Of a stretch of DNA of 64,000 nt, positions 1-17,290 are shown piece by piece. The stretch comes from the human T2T-CHM13v2.0 reference genome, Homo sapiens. Under the pieces are notes generated by a model that ran no database searches, was not told the origin of the DNA, and saw only the letters and a program-made list of their open reading frames with translations. Location of the stretch: the NCBI RefSeq assembly GCF_009914755.1, contig NC_060928.1. One strand, 5' to 3'. Within the stretch, counting starts at the first letter, position 1. Each line of letters starts with the position of its first letter. The position numbers were made by a program, and so were the translations under genes.

Positions 1-613
<613 letters not shown>

Positions 614-624
614 GTCGACTTCAC

Positions 625-832
625 ATGCTTACTATGCGGCAGGCAGTGACATGCATCAGCTCATTTAATCCTCACAATAACTCTGCAAGGTGGCCCCTGA
701 CACTGCCTCCGTTTTACAGGATGAGGAAACTGAGGCACAGTCAGGTTAGACAACACTCCCAAGGGCACCGGCTTGGAAGCCGTAGAACTGAAGATGAACT
801 TGAGTTCCAGAGGCTGCACTCTTAACTACCAA
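625..832 (-). mobile_element. MIR SINE
   Basis: Contains the reverse complement of the MIR core: ctcatttaatcctcacaataac...ttttacaggatgaggaaactgaggcacag. Confidence 0.8.
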
Positions 833-3800
833 ACCATATTGTCTAACTCCACATCCTAGTGAAAAATGAGAGAAACAATCTGGAAAACACTGTGCTCTTA
901 TTGAAGAGTTCCTTAACTTTAAAAGCAACTGGTTCTCTAACCTGCCAGTGAGCATGCCTCCATTGAATATATGTTCACTGGGGAGGTTAATGCAATTAAA
1001 TTGTTTACCTGAGTTTCTCAAATTTAAGATTGAAGTAATCCTTGTATGATCTCAGTTAATTAAAACATAATTTGTATCATTCATTTTGAGACTCCACAGT
1101 GAATTATCTATACTATTTAAAGTTACAAGCTAACAATGTGAGTATTCAGAGGCTGGATATGAATTAATATCAATTTGTTTTAGCCTTGCAAATAAATTAC
1201 AGACCCATCAAGTTGAAAATAAGCTTGACACGAAGGAGAACACATACTGATAATAAATGCGAGTTTTCTTACCCCCACCACCCTCTCTGGAAAGGATCTA
1301 GCATCGCCTCAGGAATGATATTTTGAATTCAGTGAAACACTTTGGTTTGAATTTAGCCTGCCCATCTACCTGCAGGTCAAAGACCCCTGTGAAACATGAT
1401 ACTAGACGTGGCTTCAGGGTGTTAGGTCTGAGCCCTTCTGAAACCCTACTACCTCCCTGGACTGTCCCATAGAGCAAATGAAGATCCCAGTTAGGCTTTT
1501 GGGGAGTTCTAAGGAACAGGCAAATATTTCTCCATAAAAACATTCTAGTTCCCCGAGCCGACTAGAGAAACCTCTCCTGAGAGCTGGGGCAACTGAACGC
1601 AGTTTCAAGTATCTATTATTGCACTGTATATTATTTGTTTGCTCTCCTTATGGTAATGAGTTTTAATTCTAATAGAAAGCCTGGTATTTCCCAAAAGCAA
1701 CTCTTTTTTGTTGTTTTTTGTTGTTAATACAGGGTTCCAATGGACTACGGAATAAGGCAACACAGGGCCTGTTTTCCCGCAGTGTCCTCTGCTCCAAGGA
1801 ACTTTCTTAAGGAAGCGGGACGTGTCAATGAGGTACCTCCCGGGGTTCTACAGTTCCTCCTGCCCACTGGCCAGGGGGAATCTGGCGGGAGCCTCTCGGT
1901 GGATGCTGTCACATGACTGTGCCTTCTGAAAGAACATCTGTGAAGAGCAGTTTCTGGTGTCCCTGAGTAACCCTTTTCTAACAATTCAGCCAGTGTATTT
2001 CCTCCAAGAGTAGAAAACACTGGCTTGGAAAATCTAGTGAATTTTCAGCTTCTTGTGAATGTGTATGAACAAACCAACCTACTCGGTCTGTGAAATTCTC
2101 GCTAATTCAGATGGGACATGGGCAAGGCTTCTAATACTTTCATCCCATGAACATAAATTTTGATATTTCAGCTGCAGATTTTTTCAAATATACAATGACC
2201 TGAGGCCAGGAAAGTTACCTTGTCAATTTATTTTCTTATAATTTGCATGTCTTATAAAAGTAGACTACAGCAGGCATGGACAAAAACAGAACAAAAGTCT
2301 AACTGATTGAAAGCTTATTCCATAGAGAAGACATTGGGTTCTAGAGACTTACAGGCTATGCTTGTAGTTTCTCATATTTACCTTCCTTTTGTTGGAAAAT
2401 ATAGCAGAAAATAGAGTGGAGGAGGGTGAGAAGGTGAGGTTATTTGTGTGAAGAATGGTTAGGATCAGTTTGTTTACCTCCTCCCCATCCGTACCACTTT
2501 TTGGAACAGTTATCTGTAAATATAAGGATAAAGTAGTCTGAACCTGGGTACAGAAGAGGAGAACACTAACAAGACAGGCATCTGATGGTAATACCAACAG
2601 CTTTTTCCCCAAACCTAAGTTACAACTTTAGTGATCATTATGTTCTAATTGTTATAGAAAAATAAAATGTGAAAATACTAGTTACAACATCCCAATGCTT
2701 TCCTCTATTGAATATTTAAAAATGTTTCTGAACGTGAACTTTGAGTTTTCAGATATGATTTTAATTGTGTATTGATATGTATTTCTCTAATCTACAACCA
2801 AGCAGTTCAATTTAGACAACTACTTACAGGCACTTCAAACATTTCTTGTGACATTGTTAAAAGGGGCATAGCTTGGAATCAAATGCAGTCTAATTAGGTG
2901 ATATGTGTGGTTCATTTTGGGGAAATCTGTGAGATGTCTAACAGATAAATTATTACTTAGGAGTATATTCAGATTCTTAGCCCAGCACATTGGGTCCACA
3001 GACTAATGGTTTTCATATACTTTATCCAATATTTAATTTTATTTGTTCTGAAAGTTTTAAGCCCAGTCATATATCTGTGAAGTGACTATATTAACTATAA
3101 ACTATGACAAATGTGAGTGCATATATTATAATCCTAAAGCAGGTGGGTTATTACCTATAGCATGAGCTGTAACCATCTAGTTAAATGAGATCATCACAGC
3201 TCTCTCTGCCAGCAATTTCCTGTTTCCAATGGAAGACAAGGATACCAAAACGTCTCTTTCGTTTTCAGTCCATTACTAGATTCCTCTGGAAACAATCATC
3301 ATCTTTATTTTATGGGTTAAGGTAATGTTAATGTCACTTAGAATTCTGGGTGAGATATGATAAAATGAGTATGTGACCTGGATTAAAACATACTATTACC
3401 AGACCACAAAGCGAGTCCAAGTCTTTGGAAGCCAACACAGTTCTAAGACTATCATAGAAGAGAACTAAGGTCCCGTAGCCTCCAAGGTTGTGTACGTCTG
3501 TATTCCCCCACCCCCTTTTTTGTAAAGGCCAGTATATTAATTCGTTCTGGGAACCAAGACTCCAAATATTTCCTCTCAGCCTCAGCCTGCCCTTCCATTA
3601 GTGAAAAATAAAGATTTCTGCACATTCTACTGCCACGTACAGCTCTGAAAACTAAAGATGGTGCAAATTCTGTTTGGAGGCTCCTCCCGCATCAGCTTTG
3701 GGCTCATGCTCAAGAAGAATCTCCATCCACACGGCACTTGTCCAGACAGGAACATCTCGAAAACGTTCTTGCTGCTGCACATTACCATTCGCATCGGTCT

Positions 3801-4511
3801 ATAAATACCTGGCCCTGCATCTCATTCTAGAAGGGTCCCGACTTCAGCTTCCAGAAAGTTATACAAACACCCACGGTGACTATCACAGATCTTCGGGGCT
3901 TTACACGCGAAGTGGGGATACACAGTGCAGTCCCCATGTATTTTAAACTGTAACTGAGTGGGTATGTCAAGCTTATGCACTGAATGTTCATGAAGCTGCA
4001 TTGCTTCAGCACAAATAAAACCCAAAATGTCAGTAGCAGATGCCAGGTCAGTTCTACATGCAATGATTTTGGAAGAAACAACATAGGCAGCCATCTCGCC
4101 ATAACCTTCTGAATAGAAAAGACTCTCACGTTCTTCCTGCACTTGGGCTCAGTTACACACTTCCTGTCCCTTGAGCAGACTGTAGCCCCGCCACCCCCCA
4201 CCCCCCACCCTGAAATACCCTTCCTCCATCCCCTCTCTCTCAGCTCCTGTTCTGGAAAGTGATGCACACCTGAGGCTTTAGGCTAAAATGCTCACACACG
4301 CTGCAGGACAAAGGCTGCTGCATCTCACATCTCCTGGAGACCAGAAATTGCCAGGGACCTGTCACAGTCTTCCCCAAGAAACTCCAGGCACACGAGTTAA
4401 ATGTGAAAATCTCCCAGATGTTGTTTCTGAGCTGTACTGCAGGGCATGGGTTATGCCACACAACAAAGCTGACATTTGTAGAAGGGCAGTGATCTTTTTT
4501 TATCTTGCTCA

Positions 4512-4960
4512 CTAATTCAGTCAACAAATATCATTGAGCAAACTGTGTACCAGGCTCCAAGCTAGATGATGGGAATACAAAGATGAGTTAGACACGACCC
4601 CTGACTGCAATAAAACATCCAGTTCCAAGAGAAAAACAGACTCCGAGACACAACCACAGCATCATGTGGTTAAGTATAATGGCATCTGGGAGGGACTGAA
4701 GGGGACAGAGAGCAAGGGCTTCCTAGAGGAGGCCACTGCTAAGCCAGATCCGCTGGCACAGGTAGGGAGAGGAATGCGAGTAAAAGAGAAAGAACTTTTG
4801 AGGTCACAGGGAGCACATGAGCACAAGAGAGAACACTGTGAGCCGCTGGAGCTGACCACTAGAAAACCGAGAAGGGCTCAGATGGAGGAAGGCAGGGCTG
4901 GATTACAGGAGGACCCCCAAATATGCAAGAGCTTTATATCTATCCTGCAGGAGACCTGGA
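4512..4960 (-). mobile_element. L2 LINE 3' fragment
   Basis: ttcagtcaacaaatatcattgagc...ccaggc...gggaatacaaagatgag matches the reverse complement of the L2 3' end. Right boundary uncertain. Confidence 0.6.
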
Positions 4961-5239
4961 GCCCCGCCTGCTTCACGACCTCATTTACATGACTTTTCCT
5001 CTGACAGGTTTGCCTTACTGTATTTCTTAGAGGGGCCACAGGACCTTCCCTCATGCTCCCTCTCTGCCTGCAAGGACTTCTTCCTCCCCACCCCAAGTCC
5101 CAGCCTCACACATTTAGCCCAGTTAAGACCCCATCCTCAAGTCTTGCTCCATTTCCCAATAAAGCCTTGTGTGAACTCTGATTAAATCAGTGGAGGAAAC
5201 CTGAAAGTCCAGAACCAGATGCAGCCAAGCGTGAGAAGT

Positions 5240-6140
5240 TTAAAGATGAAGACCACAGCATTTCAAATTGTGGGGGGAGGGGCAGGGAAGACTATTGGGA
5301 TAGATGACTGTTCATTTGCAAGAAAATAAAGGCAAATTCCTACTTTATGTGATACATAAAAATAAATTCCAACTACTCCGAAGATCTAAACATAAAATTA
5401 GAAGTATAAAATTAATGGAGGATATAAAATATTTTTATAACCTGGAAATAGGAAGTCCTTTTTAAGCATTTCAAACACCTCAGAAGCTGTAAAGGAAAAC
5501 ACCAGTGGATCAGATTTCCCCTAAATTAATTTTTTTCAATATAAAATACACCATATTAAAGTTAAAAGCAAATGACGGGCCAGGAGAAAATTCTAGAATG
5601 TTTGACAAATACTTAATGACTCTAAAACATAATGAACAGCTCTAAATCAAGCAAGTCAAGACAAACCCAAAAGAAAAAATGGGAAAAGGCTATGAACAGA
5701 TCATTGGCAAAAACAAGAAATGTGAATGGTGTCTATGTGTAGAAAATCACTAATATGTAAATTATGATTATAGAGATCACAGTCATTTTTAAAACAACTT
5801 TTTCAACTCTCAGGTTGCCAGAATAAAGGGGAGTCGCTAGTGACATTGTTGGCAGTGGAAAGTGACGGCTGCCTGGCTGGGTAGGTATAAGGGGCAGGCC
5901 CGGTAGCTCACGGCCCTTCTATCACACACAACTCACCGCAGCCTGGATGGCCGACTCCTGCCCAGCTCGGCCTCCTTTCATTAATTCTTTTTTTTTTTTT
6001 TTTAATATTGCTGAGAATGTAGGGTAAGGGACACTCCCATGCACTGCAGGTAGTTGTCAGGCTGGTAACACTGTTGGAAGGATGATTTGATCACAACTTA
6101 AAATGAAGGTAGCCTATGATCCACTCTTAGACTTCTTGAA
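5240..6140 (+). mobile_element. Old L1M fragment(s), ORF2 3' region, interrupted near 5830-6003
   Basis: A-rich L1-like text: aaaaataaattcca...agatctaaacataaaa...aaaaaatgggaaaaggctatgaacaga, and ttgctgagaatgtagggtaagggacactc. Confidence 0.6.
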
Positions 6141-8038
6141 ATTCTTCAAATCAGGCAAGCCTAGGTTGACTGGAAAAACAGCAATGATGTAAACCAAACA
6201 ACGTAATAATAATAAAAAAAATCTTTTTAAGAACAGTGTTTCTTCCCAGGGACATAGTTCAGAGCTTTCCTCTCCAGCTCACTTTCTCTGGGAGAAGCCA
6301 TAACTGTGGTGGGTTCCACACCGGGAAGGCAGCTGACCTGGGACCACGGTGCTCGCCATGGTGGCATGCCCACGTGGTATGGCCCAATGTCTCCTCAATA
6401 GGACAGTGCCAGGTAGCCCATCTGGCAATGAGAGAACAGATCAATAGCATCCTATGGTTACAATTAAACCTGTAAATACAAGAGATTCTATGGTACAGGG
6501 GTGACTGTGACTTAGTGTGAAACCAACAGATGACAACATCAGAACTAACGCTCACACAAACAACTTCTGAGCAAATTACTGCTGTACAGCAAGGAGCAGC
6601 AATGAGCAACGCATTCTGAACTGAAGAATCACAGGGAAAGTGAGAGCACAACCTCCACAGGTACTGTAATCACAGCTTTTCTCCAAACACCACTTCTACC
6701 GAAACCTTAAATCTTTCCAGGTTTACCTTAGGATCACTGAGCGTTAAAAATTAACATTTTCAACTTGAGAAAGCTGACTGAAAAAAAAAAATTATACCCA
6801 AATGCTAAGCTTTTAAAATTTCCAATCTTTTTATGAATGCGTGTGTGTAAACAGTGATGGACGTATGGTTTGTCTACATTCCCAATGAGTGGTATAAACA
6901 GATTAAAACTGTATTAACGATCCTGTTTAGACACTTTGGCTCTTAAGCCTCACACACCCATGCTTTTCCAGGAGAAGAATTAAATCTGCCAAAACGAGTA
7001 TGTTAGTTTCTTGAAACTAATTTAAAAATATTCAGATAGTGAGAGTTCCAGTAAATGTTTATGCAAACAATAAATGAAATACAACATTTATTCAAACGAG
7101 GATTGCGTAGAATCGGCACCCTTTGAAGAAGCACAAAATGCGTGCATATGTGTTTGTATCTATAAATGTGGCACATATTTTGTGAAATACAGGCTACTGA
7201 AGAGATAGGATTCATGCCTTTTTACCAAACATAATTGAAAGCAAATTTAGCACTGCATGGCTGCACCTGTTACAAGGCATCTGCAGAAGATGAGAGCTCC
7301 TTGAAGCCACTGCAGCATCAGGTTATGAATCCCAGAAGCTGCAAGTGCTCTTGTGCCTCCCCAACCCCACTCACAACCCTCCCAAGAGACCTCTTCAGAG
7401 AGGACTAGGGCAGCTCTAACAAGCTAATTCTTACATCATGTAGAGCGAAGGTGGCCTGGGATAATATGGGCTTAGCCAAGCTTTCAACTCAGGAAGGTGG
7501 GGATGGAAGGATTTTGCTGTTCAGAATCTGTAGTTCTGTTCTACTTCAAGGTACTAATATCTGAAAATAACCTACTGTCTTTTTATTTCCTGGAAAAGGA
7601 AACATCTGTTCCTCTAGCTAATTTGGTCTGGTAATCTTAATTTTTAAAGGAGTGCCAAGCATGTAATTCCATAGAACATGGAATCATAATACATGGGCTC
7701 ATAATAGTCTTTTCTAGAGAGTAGCTACAGGTGGTCCTCCAAAATAACAGCACCCTACACTTAGTTCACATTAATCACTTCCATTTTGGGAATCTTAGCT
7801 GTCATCCATATCTGAAATGGATCTGGAAGGGTCTTTTCACTGCTAAGACTAAAGCTATCTGGGCTCACATCCCAAGTGGAGCACAACTCACTGAAGAAAC
7901 ACACAAATGGTGGTTACCAGGTTGGCATTTGATATGGCTCAATTCAGAAAATTAACCTTAGTAAATTAAACTGCTTCTATGGGATCTACTTTGGAACGAT
8001 TCTTTAGTTAGCCAAGGGGTTGCTCCTTTGGGTTACAG

Positions 8039-8263
8039 CAGGGTTTCTCAACTCGGGTACTACTGACATTTGGGGCTCGATAATTATTTATTGTAGGGGT
8101 CTGTCCTGTGCAATGTAGGCTGTTTAGCAGCATCTCTGGCCTCTACCCACTTGAAGCCAGGAGCACAACCAGCCTGACCCTACTGGTTATGACAACCAAA
8201 AATGTCTCCAGACTTGGCCACGTGTCCTCTGTGGAGAAAACAGTTCCCAGCTGAGAACCACGG
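8039..8263 (-). mobile_element. MER20 (hAT-Charlie) DNA transposon
   Basis: Termini cagggtttctcaac...tgagaaccacgg. Internal tttagcagcatctctggcctctacccact and acaaccaaaaatgtctccagac. Confidence 0.85.
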
Positions 8264-8911
8264 GGTTAGGCAAATGCAAAATTCATCTGGTGCATAATAC
8301 TTTGTAATTTCCACATACACTGCTTTCTTCCAAGGTAGAAGCACATTAGATATCAAAGGACCCTTTGTATGCAGAAGTGATGCACCAGGAAAGGAGGCCT
8401 CTGATGAGAAGAGAATCCCAAACTCACTGTCATAGCAGTCAGAACATTATTTTGAAATTTCAAATAACATTTAAGGGATAGGAATTTCTTTTGCATTTGC
8501 TGAGTTTTGGAAAGGTTGAGAAATTGAGAGAGAGGATATTAAATTACCCAGAAAACTCTTTCTTTACAAAACACACTATATTAAGAAACAGGGATTTTTA
8601 GCAATTGAAACCTATTATTGTGAGGATATAGTATAATATTAACAATAATAATAGCAGTGCCACTTACTGAGAGCTTGCTATATTCCAGGTACCTCTGCTA
8701 AGCATTTAAGACTCACAATCCCACTTGTAGTAAAAAAGGATTATCTCTATTTCACAGACAAGAAGACTGTGGTTGAGAAAAGTCAAAGAACTTCCTTAAA
8801 GACTATATAGGGTTATTCTTCTCAATTTCCAATCATATATTCATAATTACATATTTTCCAATAATATGTACATATGTTCACAAATCATAAATTGTGTTTG
8901 CTACCATTTGA

Positions 8912-9208
<297 letters not shown>

Positions 9209-10673
9209 TGATGAGTGTTTTAAATCTCAAGTATTTAATATACTAAACAAGAATTCAGTATAACAGGTTAATACACCACTTCACACTGATCTTAGAGGTA
9301 AAGGATAATTTACATCTAATGCTGTGGACACCGACCTATTGATATATAAATATTAAGTAGGGAGGTGATAACTACAGTCTTATCACTGGCTGACACAGCT
9401 TGTCATGGTCCCTTGCAGAACTAGTTAAAAGGCATATTACAATCTATTCAAAGAAACCTGCAAAAGTAGAGGGATAAAAACAATAAAGCAAAGTAAACTA
9501 GAGGCAAAATTTATAATAATGAATTCCATAGCACTATAGTAGCAGTTGTGACAATTGTAGACTCAGTGCTTAATTGTTTTTGGCAACCAGACACTACAAG
9601 AGCACAGAAAACAAATCCACAGGAAAAGTAAAAAACCTAACTTAATGGAAGAATTTCAAACTTAATCTCTAACAAACCTAGACATGTTTACAAGGGCTGA
9701 AACCAGCTGACTTTCTTGAAATCCTCGTTACTTATCTCAGAGAGGTGCTAATGTTAATGTAAATGGTTTAAAGTCACAGTAAGAAGCAACAGTGAAAACA
9801 CATTGGATAATTAGTGCCTGAAATAGTTAGGACTTAATTCCTGGCTACTATACATTTCTACTCACTTCTAGCAAAAGGAAAACTGAAAACAGTATATTTC
9901 GTGGCCATTTGTGGTTATTCATGTTGTCTGCTTTATGGTGTGTGGACTACCTCAAACAGGTTCTTTGCTGAACTACAAAAACAAAAGTCTTCCAGATAGA
10001 GATCACACATTAGCCTCTCCTGATCCTGTGGAATTGAAGTGACAGCACCAGGCAAGCAAAGCAAACCAGCTGCTGCTCCTGCCAATGACAGGAAATAGCC
10101 CCATTCTCTCTGGGCCTGGAGGGGCTGGCATGAATAACAGCTCTCTCACCTTTTCAGCAGAAACGAGACATGAAATTGCTCCTTTCCAGGCTAATCACAA
10201 AGTGAATGGCAGTGTGCTCCTTGAGTGACTCACCGATGATTTTTGAACGCCTTTTTGTGCATGTGCATGCCATGTACACACACATGTTCCGGCACAAATC
10301 CTAACACTGTCTGACCTTGCTATCGGTAGTGAGGATGCCTTTTCCATCTAGGAGTTCTTCTCATATTCACTCAGTCTGAGTGAGAGGCTCTTCAACATTT
10401 TTCACCTACAGGACCTAAAGGATGATGTGGTGGGGCACAGAGGGAGAATGAATACCCGCTGGCCACACTCTGGTTGTGTCATACCCTCTGGTTTCACCTG
10501 GTTTCTCATCTGTATACATGAGGATTAATAACACTTCACTGTAGGGCTTATTATAAGGATTAGAAATAATATATGTCACTTGGTGCAGCGACTTAGTAAA
10601 TGGCAGCAGTTGTTAATGAAAATTATAATTTTGTTAGTTTGGTTCTAACAGTAGTCTTAGTGTACCTAGGTAA

Positions 10674-10994
<321 letters not shown>

Positions 10995-12151
10995 TAGTAT
11001 TTTTCATACTATATTCAATCACCTCTTTATTTAAAAAAAAAAACAAAAAACAAAACACAAAAAACACCGCTCCATATAAACTTCTAGCCTATTGGTTTGA
11101 AAATGGAAATCTATGTCCATATTATAATATGGACATTTCCCCCTTCAAAAATGAAAAGTTAAAGACTGTGGGTTTACCAATAGGCCATTCCAGCTCTCAG
11201 ATTCTGATATTTTTTGAGCAAGAATCTCTCGTTTCTGTTGTTTTCTGTGTATTGCTTGGTTGTTAGGTACACTGCTTTGTATATTATCCCATGTTGCTTA
11301 TGCTCTGAAATTACCATCATGCATTGTAATTACAAAAGCTGAGCTGGAACATCAAGTACTAGTATCACGAGTTCTTTTTAAAACTTGAAAGTTTTAAAGA
11401 GATTTAAAATAGCTAACTGATTTATCAGCAAGGCTGCTGGCTACAAACCAGAGTGCTGAATTCTGATGGAGCAGTTCTCTGTGGCAAAGGCTTTTGACTG
11501 GCGGCCACTAGCTTGGGGTCTACTGACAGGCTACTACTATAGTCCATCTTAGCACCCACAAACAAAAGAAAATGGAGCCAAATATAACTACCAACTAGTT
11601 CAATGCCCTCAATACACAGATGAAGGAGGGACGGTGCAGAGTCAGCTTGCCAACGCTGAGTCAGCAGTTACAAGGACCTTTTCGCTAAGATACCACATAT
11701 GTATCTCAGACGCAGTAAGATACTACACTTTGGGATAATCCTCGAAATGTTGGAACTGAAATTCAGGCCCCAGCGCTATGCTATTCCCACAGTTCTCTTC
11801 CTCTCTAGGACTGAGGAGTTCAGTGCCCCAACCCAGCTTTTTAATACCCAGGGATAACCTTTGCTTTAGGGTCCATGTAAAAGGGAGATCCAGGTCTTGG
11901 GTCTTTCTTCCCTTTGATTCAGTCACCGTGGGTTCCCTAGCGATAGCTCAGCCCTGCAGAAAGACCTGCTAAGGTACCTGGCCTGCAGTGTCTTTGTTAC
12001 CATGGCTATTGCCCTCCATTCACAAGTGTGACATCACTGCCTTCTGACTTGTCCTGGAGGAAGTGGCTGTAGGAACCAAAACCAGTGTGGGCTAGGGGTT
12101 GTGTTCCCTCACCTTTCCACTGTCAGTAGTGAAGGTTCTTGTTATAGCCAC

Positions 12152-12424
12152 TTTTTAAAATTGAGACAGAGTCTCACTCTGTCGCCCAGGCTGTAGTGCA
12201 GTGGCGTGATCTCTGCTCACTGCAACGCCTGCCTCCTGGGTTCAAGAGATTATTCTGCCTCGGCCTCCTGAGTAGCTGGAATTACAGGCACGTGCCACCA
12301 TGTCCGGCTAATTTTTGTATTTTTAGTAGAGATGGGGTTTTACCATGTTGGCCAGGCTGGTCTCAAACTCTGGATCTCAGGTGATCTGCCTGCCTTGGCC
12401 TCCCAAAGTGCTGGGATTACAGGC
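12152..12424 (-). mobile_element. Alu (AluS-like)
   Basis: Antisense Alu flanked by gttatagccactt / gtcatagccactt TSD. Confidence 0.93.
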
Positions 12425-13759
12425 CTAGTCATAGCCACTTAATAATAGCAGGACTTTGGGCAAATTTCAGTAAATGGGTATTTGAACTATAATGTCTTCA
12501 ATGTGAGTTCTAATTTAACTTTGCTATGGTCCCACAATTCCTCTTGGTGGGTAAAAGTTCGACTCTCCTAGGTTAAACGCGATTCATAATATGTAATATT
12601 TTGACTTAAAGGAAGAAGCTTTATAATGCTCTACAACCTTGACTGGCTAACCAAAAGCAATGTAAGTGACAGCACTACAGCAAACCCCACATCCTGGCCA
12701 ATTAGACGGCTAGCAGCCTCAACCATTCGGAACACAGCTGTGAACCAGAAGTAGGCAACTGCAAGAAAACTCCATTCACTTAGCTCCTAAGGAGATATAC
12801 AGCATTAGCCTCTATTCTTTTTTCAGGGCAATTAAGATAAAATGAGGGAAAGAGATTTAAAATGTAGGTTTTCCTGGAGCAGAAACTCTTTTGGGGATTG
12901 CTCATTGGTTAAAGAATTGTGGAACAGGAGGGCAATGTGAATGGAAGAAACTAATAAGCTGCTACTTTAGAACAATGTTCTTTTCACTCCCCCACCCCAA
13001 CCCCTCTACTTCACACAGTAAATGCCTAGGAAAGCAGATTAACTCCTTCTGGTCAATCTGACCAGGATTGGGTTTTCAGACAATTACTTCTCGCATCTAA
13101 AACAAGAAATGCACCGATTCCCGAAGACCCAATCCTCTCTCTGGCTAGTCTTTCCCGGAGTGAGGTGACTCACACTTTTTGGTCAGAAATGCATTTATTA
13201 AAAACCAAGCAGTCTCCTGTTGTCCCACATCCTTCCTTGTTATTGCATCCTCCCTCCCTCCCTGCCTCAGCCTAGAAACTGCAGCCAGGTCTCCAGGAAT
13301 CCCAGCCAGTGGCTGAGACTTGCACTGAGGTTTCTTTCAGAAGTGTGGTCTTTAAATCCACGGCCAATGAATTAAATGGACATTTAATGATAAACAATGG
13401 CTATATTGTTTATTCCAGCCATCTCCATGAAAGAAAACAAAACTCCCTTAAAAATTGAATATATTATTTAGGAAAATCCATTTTACATTTGTCTCTATAA
13501 TGTATTGGATGTATTATATTACAAAATTCCAAGAAGCCTTTAAAAAGACTTCTGTGTTTGTCCTTTGTCTTCTGTGTCAATGAGGGAAAAAAATGAATTA
13601 ATTGCTTCTTTGAATCCTTAAGGATATATATTCTCTCCTGCCTTAGAAAAACAAGACAAGATGAGATCTTTAAATCATTTGCATGAGAAGAACTAACATC
13701 ACGGGTGCTGGCTCCAAAGCTCCTGTTTATATTTTATTATGACATTTGATACAACTTTA

Positions 13760-14198
<439 letters not shown>

Positions 14199-14232
14199 CT
14201 GTTTTTAAGAAAACAAAAATATATACACATAA

Positions 14233-14616
<384 letters not shown>

Positions 14617-17290
14617 TAAACAAAACACAACCATAAGATGTTCCGGATGTGAATTATATTTTTCACAGAAATCATAATTTTGTTTTTTGCTATCAAAACA
14701 TATAGATTTTATAGGAACAAATATTTCTTATATTAAATTTATATATTGCTTCATAGAGCGCAAAAATGGATTCAGGCTGCTTTCACTTACCATGACAAGC
14801 TCTCTTTCCTCCACATTACCTGTCTTCATTGTGGAGGACCTAATTGTTCACCTGGGTGTTCCTTAACCTCTTCTCTCCCAGTAAACGGGACTTCCAGTCT
14901 GCGTCACTGGTCACAGCTTGGGCTCTGCCGGCATTTGGAAGGACTGCATCAGAATCACTCTGGCATTCTCCTAACTACCCATTATAGCTTCCAGAATGCT
15001 CCTTACTGTCTCATTCAACTTCCCATGCTCCTCTGAGCTCCACCTCATCTAGCGCTCTCTGCTCTGTGTTACTGTTACTTATGGGCTCCAGGTCACTCAT
15101 GTACACCCTGGTTTCAATCTCATCTGCCTCCCACAGGCTGGGGAACATCACCAGACATTACGGTTGGCGGCACTTCTATGTCCAAAGATCTAACCTTCAC
15201 CTAGTCCTCTATCCTCCATTTCATTCTAATTCTATAGCCATGCCTTCTTCAAAGGCAGAAGTTATTATTTCAATTCTGCCTACAACAACACTGAAGGGGT
15301 ACCTGGTGATGATAAATTAGCTTCAGATCATATTTTTTTTCAGTAGGAAAGAAAAGAGTTTTGTTTTGCCATAGATTTCCATAAACCCCACTAAACTGGA
15401 GTGCTTTCCTGCCCTAGGAAGCCAACACATTACGCCACCAGCTGAAACCCTGTGGCGAAGGGAGATAGCACAGACTGCAATGGCATGATAGACACCCTGC
15501 CATGACTTTGCAAATGTCTTTCTTTACTTGGCTAAACTTGTGGTTTCCTTTGTGGTTGGAAAGCTGACCTATTCGATACAGAATAGCTGTGAAGAGCATG
15601 GCCTCAGGTTTGAGAGAGACCAGGCCAGGATTCTGGACATAACCACCTTCGCTGGCTGTGTGTCTTGGGCAAGTACAAGACAATTATAAGGATTCACAAT
15701 CAAATGTATACCAAACACCTATGTACTGCTGCCTTGATAAACAAGAATTATTAGCACAATGTATAAAGCATCCTTTATTGAAATGATGCTTCTCCAATCT
15801 ATTTTTATGTCTTCTAAAAGCCAGATCTTGAGTTTTGCTTAAAACGTTATTATAAATTATAAATAATTATAAATGACTTTCAGCACTGGGTCCTTTGCAG
15901 GGGCTCAAGTCTGAGAATGCATGAGCTGCCCCCTTAGGTGTATTCTGTGGTGAGCATGTTGAGGGCAGGGGCTGGGTCACTCATTATTGACTCCCTGGTG
16001 CCCGAGCCATAGCAGATGCCTGGCTAAATACCACAGGGGAGAATCAGAGACAAGGCAGGTTGGGAGATGGGTTCTAATAAATATGGGTGGTAAATATAAC
16101 TTTTCCCCCCAATTAAAGAAAATGCCACAAATGGAAAATCAAACTGAATTTTAAAGTGTGTATCTCAAGAGCTGTTTTCAAACAGAGGCTCTCCACATTT
16201 GGCTTTCTACGTTCAAACACATTGTGCTAGCAGAGTAAAGAGAAGGGGATACTGCTGTGCTATTATATTTTAATAATGTCAGTAGGTGCTTTGGGCTAGA
16301 AACACAGCCAACTGTTCTGAAATGGAATCTAGTTCCGTTAGAGACCTTACGAGATACAGAAGCAGAGACTTTCGTTTTATGCAGGGATTTCAGTTAGCAA
16401 AATGTTTTCCCTCTTCCTCATTTTTATTCCCATCCTCTCCCATCTGGAAAAGTCACTAAGGTACAGAAGACATAACGCATCATTTACAGGTTGTTTGTAT
16501 CACAGCGTTTTGCTCTAAAATTCTGTGAAAACTGATTCAAAGTAAGCACTGAATTAACACTAATGAATTAATAGTTTTAGTAAGAATTTACTTTCAATTT
16601 ACTCTTTCACTTCAGATTTTTCAAAAGGTATTTATTATGTGCCGGGCACACTGCCAGGATTTAGGGGATGGGAAGTGCCACAAAGCTCAATAAACCACAG
16701 ACCATGTCCACTCACAGTCTAGTAGTGGAAAGACATACAGATAACTTCAATATGTTCTCTAGGTGCTATGGGCTTGGAGTTGGGTAGGAAGGAGGGGCAC
16801 CGAACAGCTTGGGTGCCACCTAGAGATGATGTTTGTTGACTGCCCATCCAGCATCCAGGCCCTCTTCTGCCTTTCCCTTTCTGTGAGTCCCATGGCTCAC
16901 AGGGTAGAAACTTCTAGTCCTTCTCATCACCCCATCGCATGTGCACCTACCAAACTTGACACTGCTCCCTGGTGTATGATCTTGCACTTTTCTGTTTTGA
17001 GTAAATTCCTTCTCGATTACAAGGACAGCTCCTGGATAGCAAAAACTTGCACATATAGTTCAGTAGGATTTCCTTATTGCTAGGCACCCATAATCACGTT
17101 TACACACTTGCTGTATGAAGCCATGCTTATATGGAATCCAACGGCAATTATTTAAGAACAAATTACAATGTGTTGCCTGAAGAACATAAGATATCACGTG
17201 ACTCTGGACGCTGGCAAAATATTCTGCAAATGTACCTTTTCAGCTTGTTGGATTAGGATCTTACAGACAGCACCATGAAAAGTTTAGTTG

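Noticed and set aside
3795-3815. TATA/MEF2-like ctataaatac in a mildly CpG-containing intronic patch
   Set aside because: A single short motif without other support; expected by chance.
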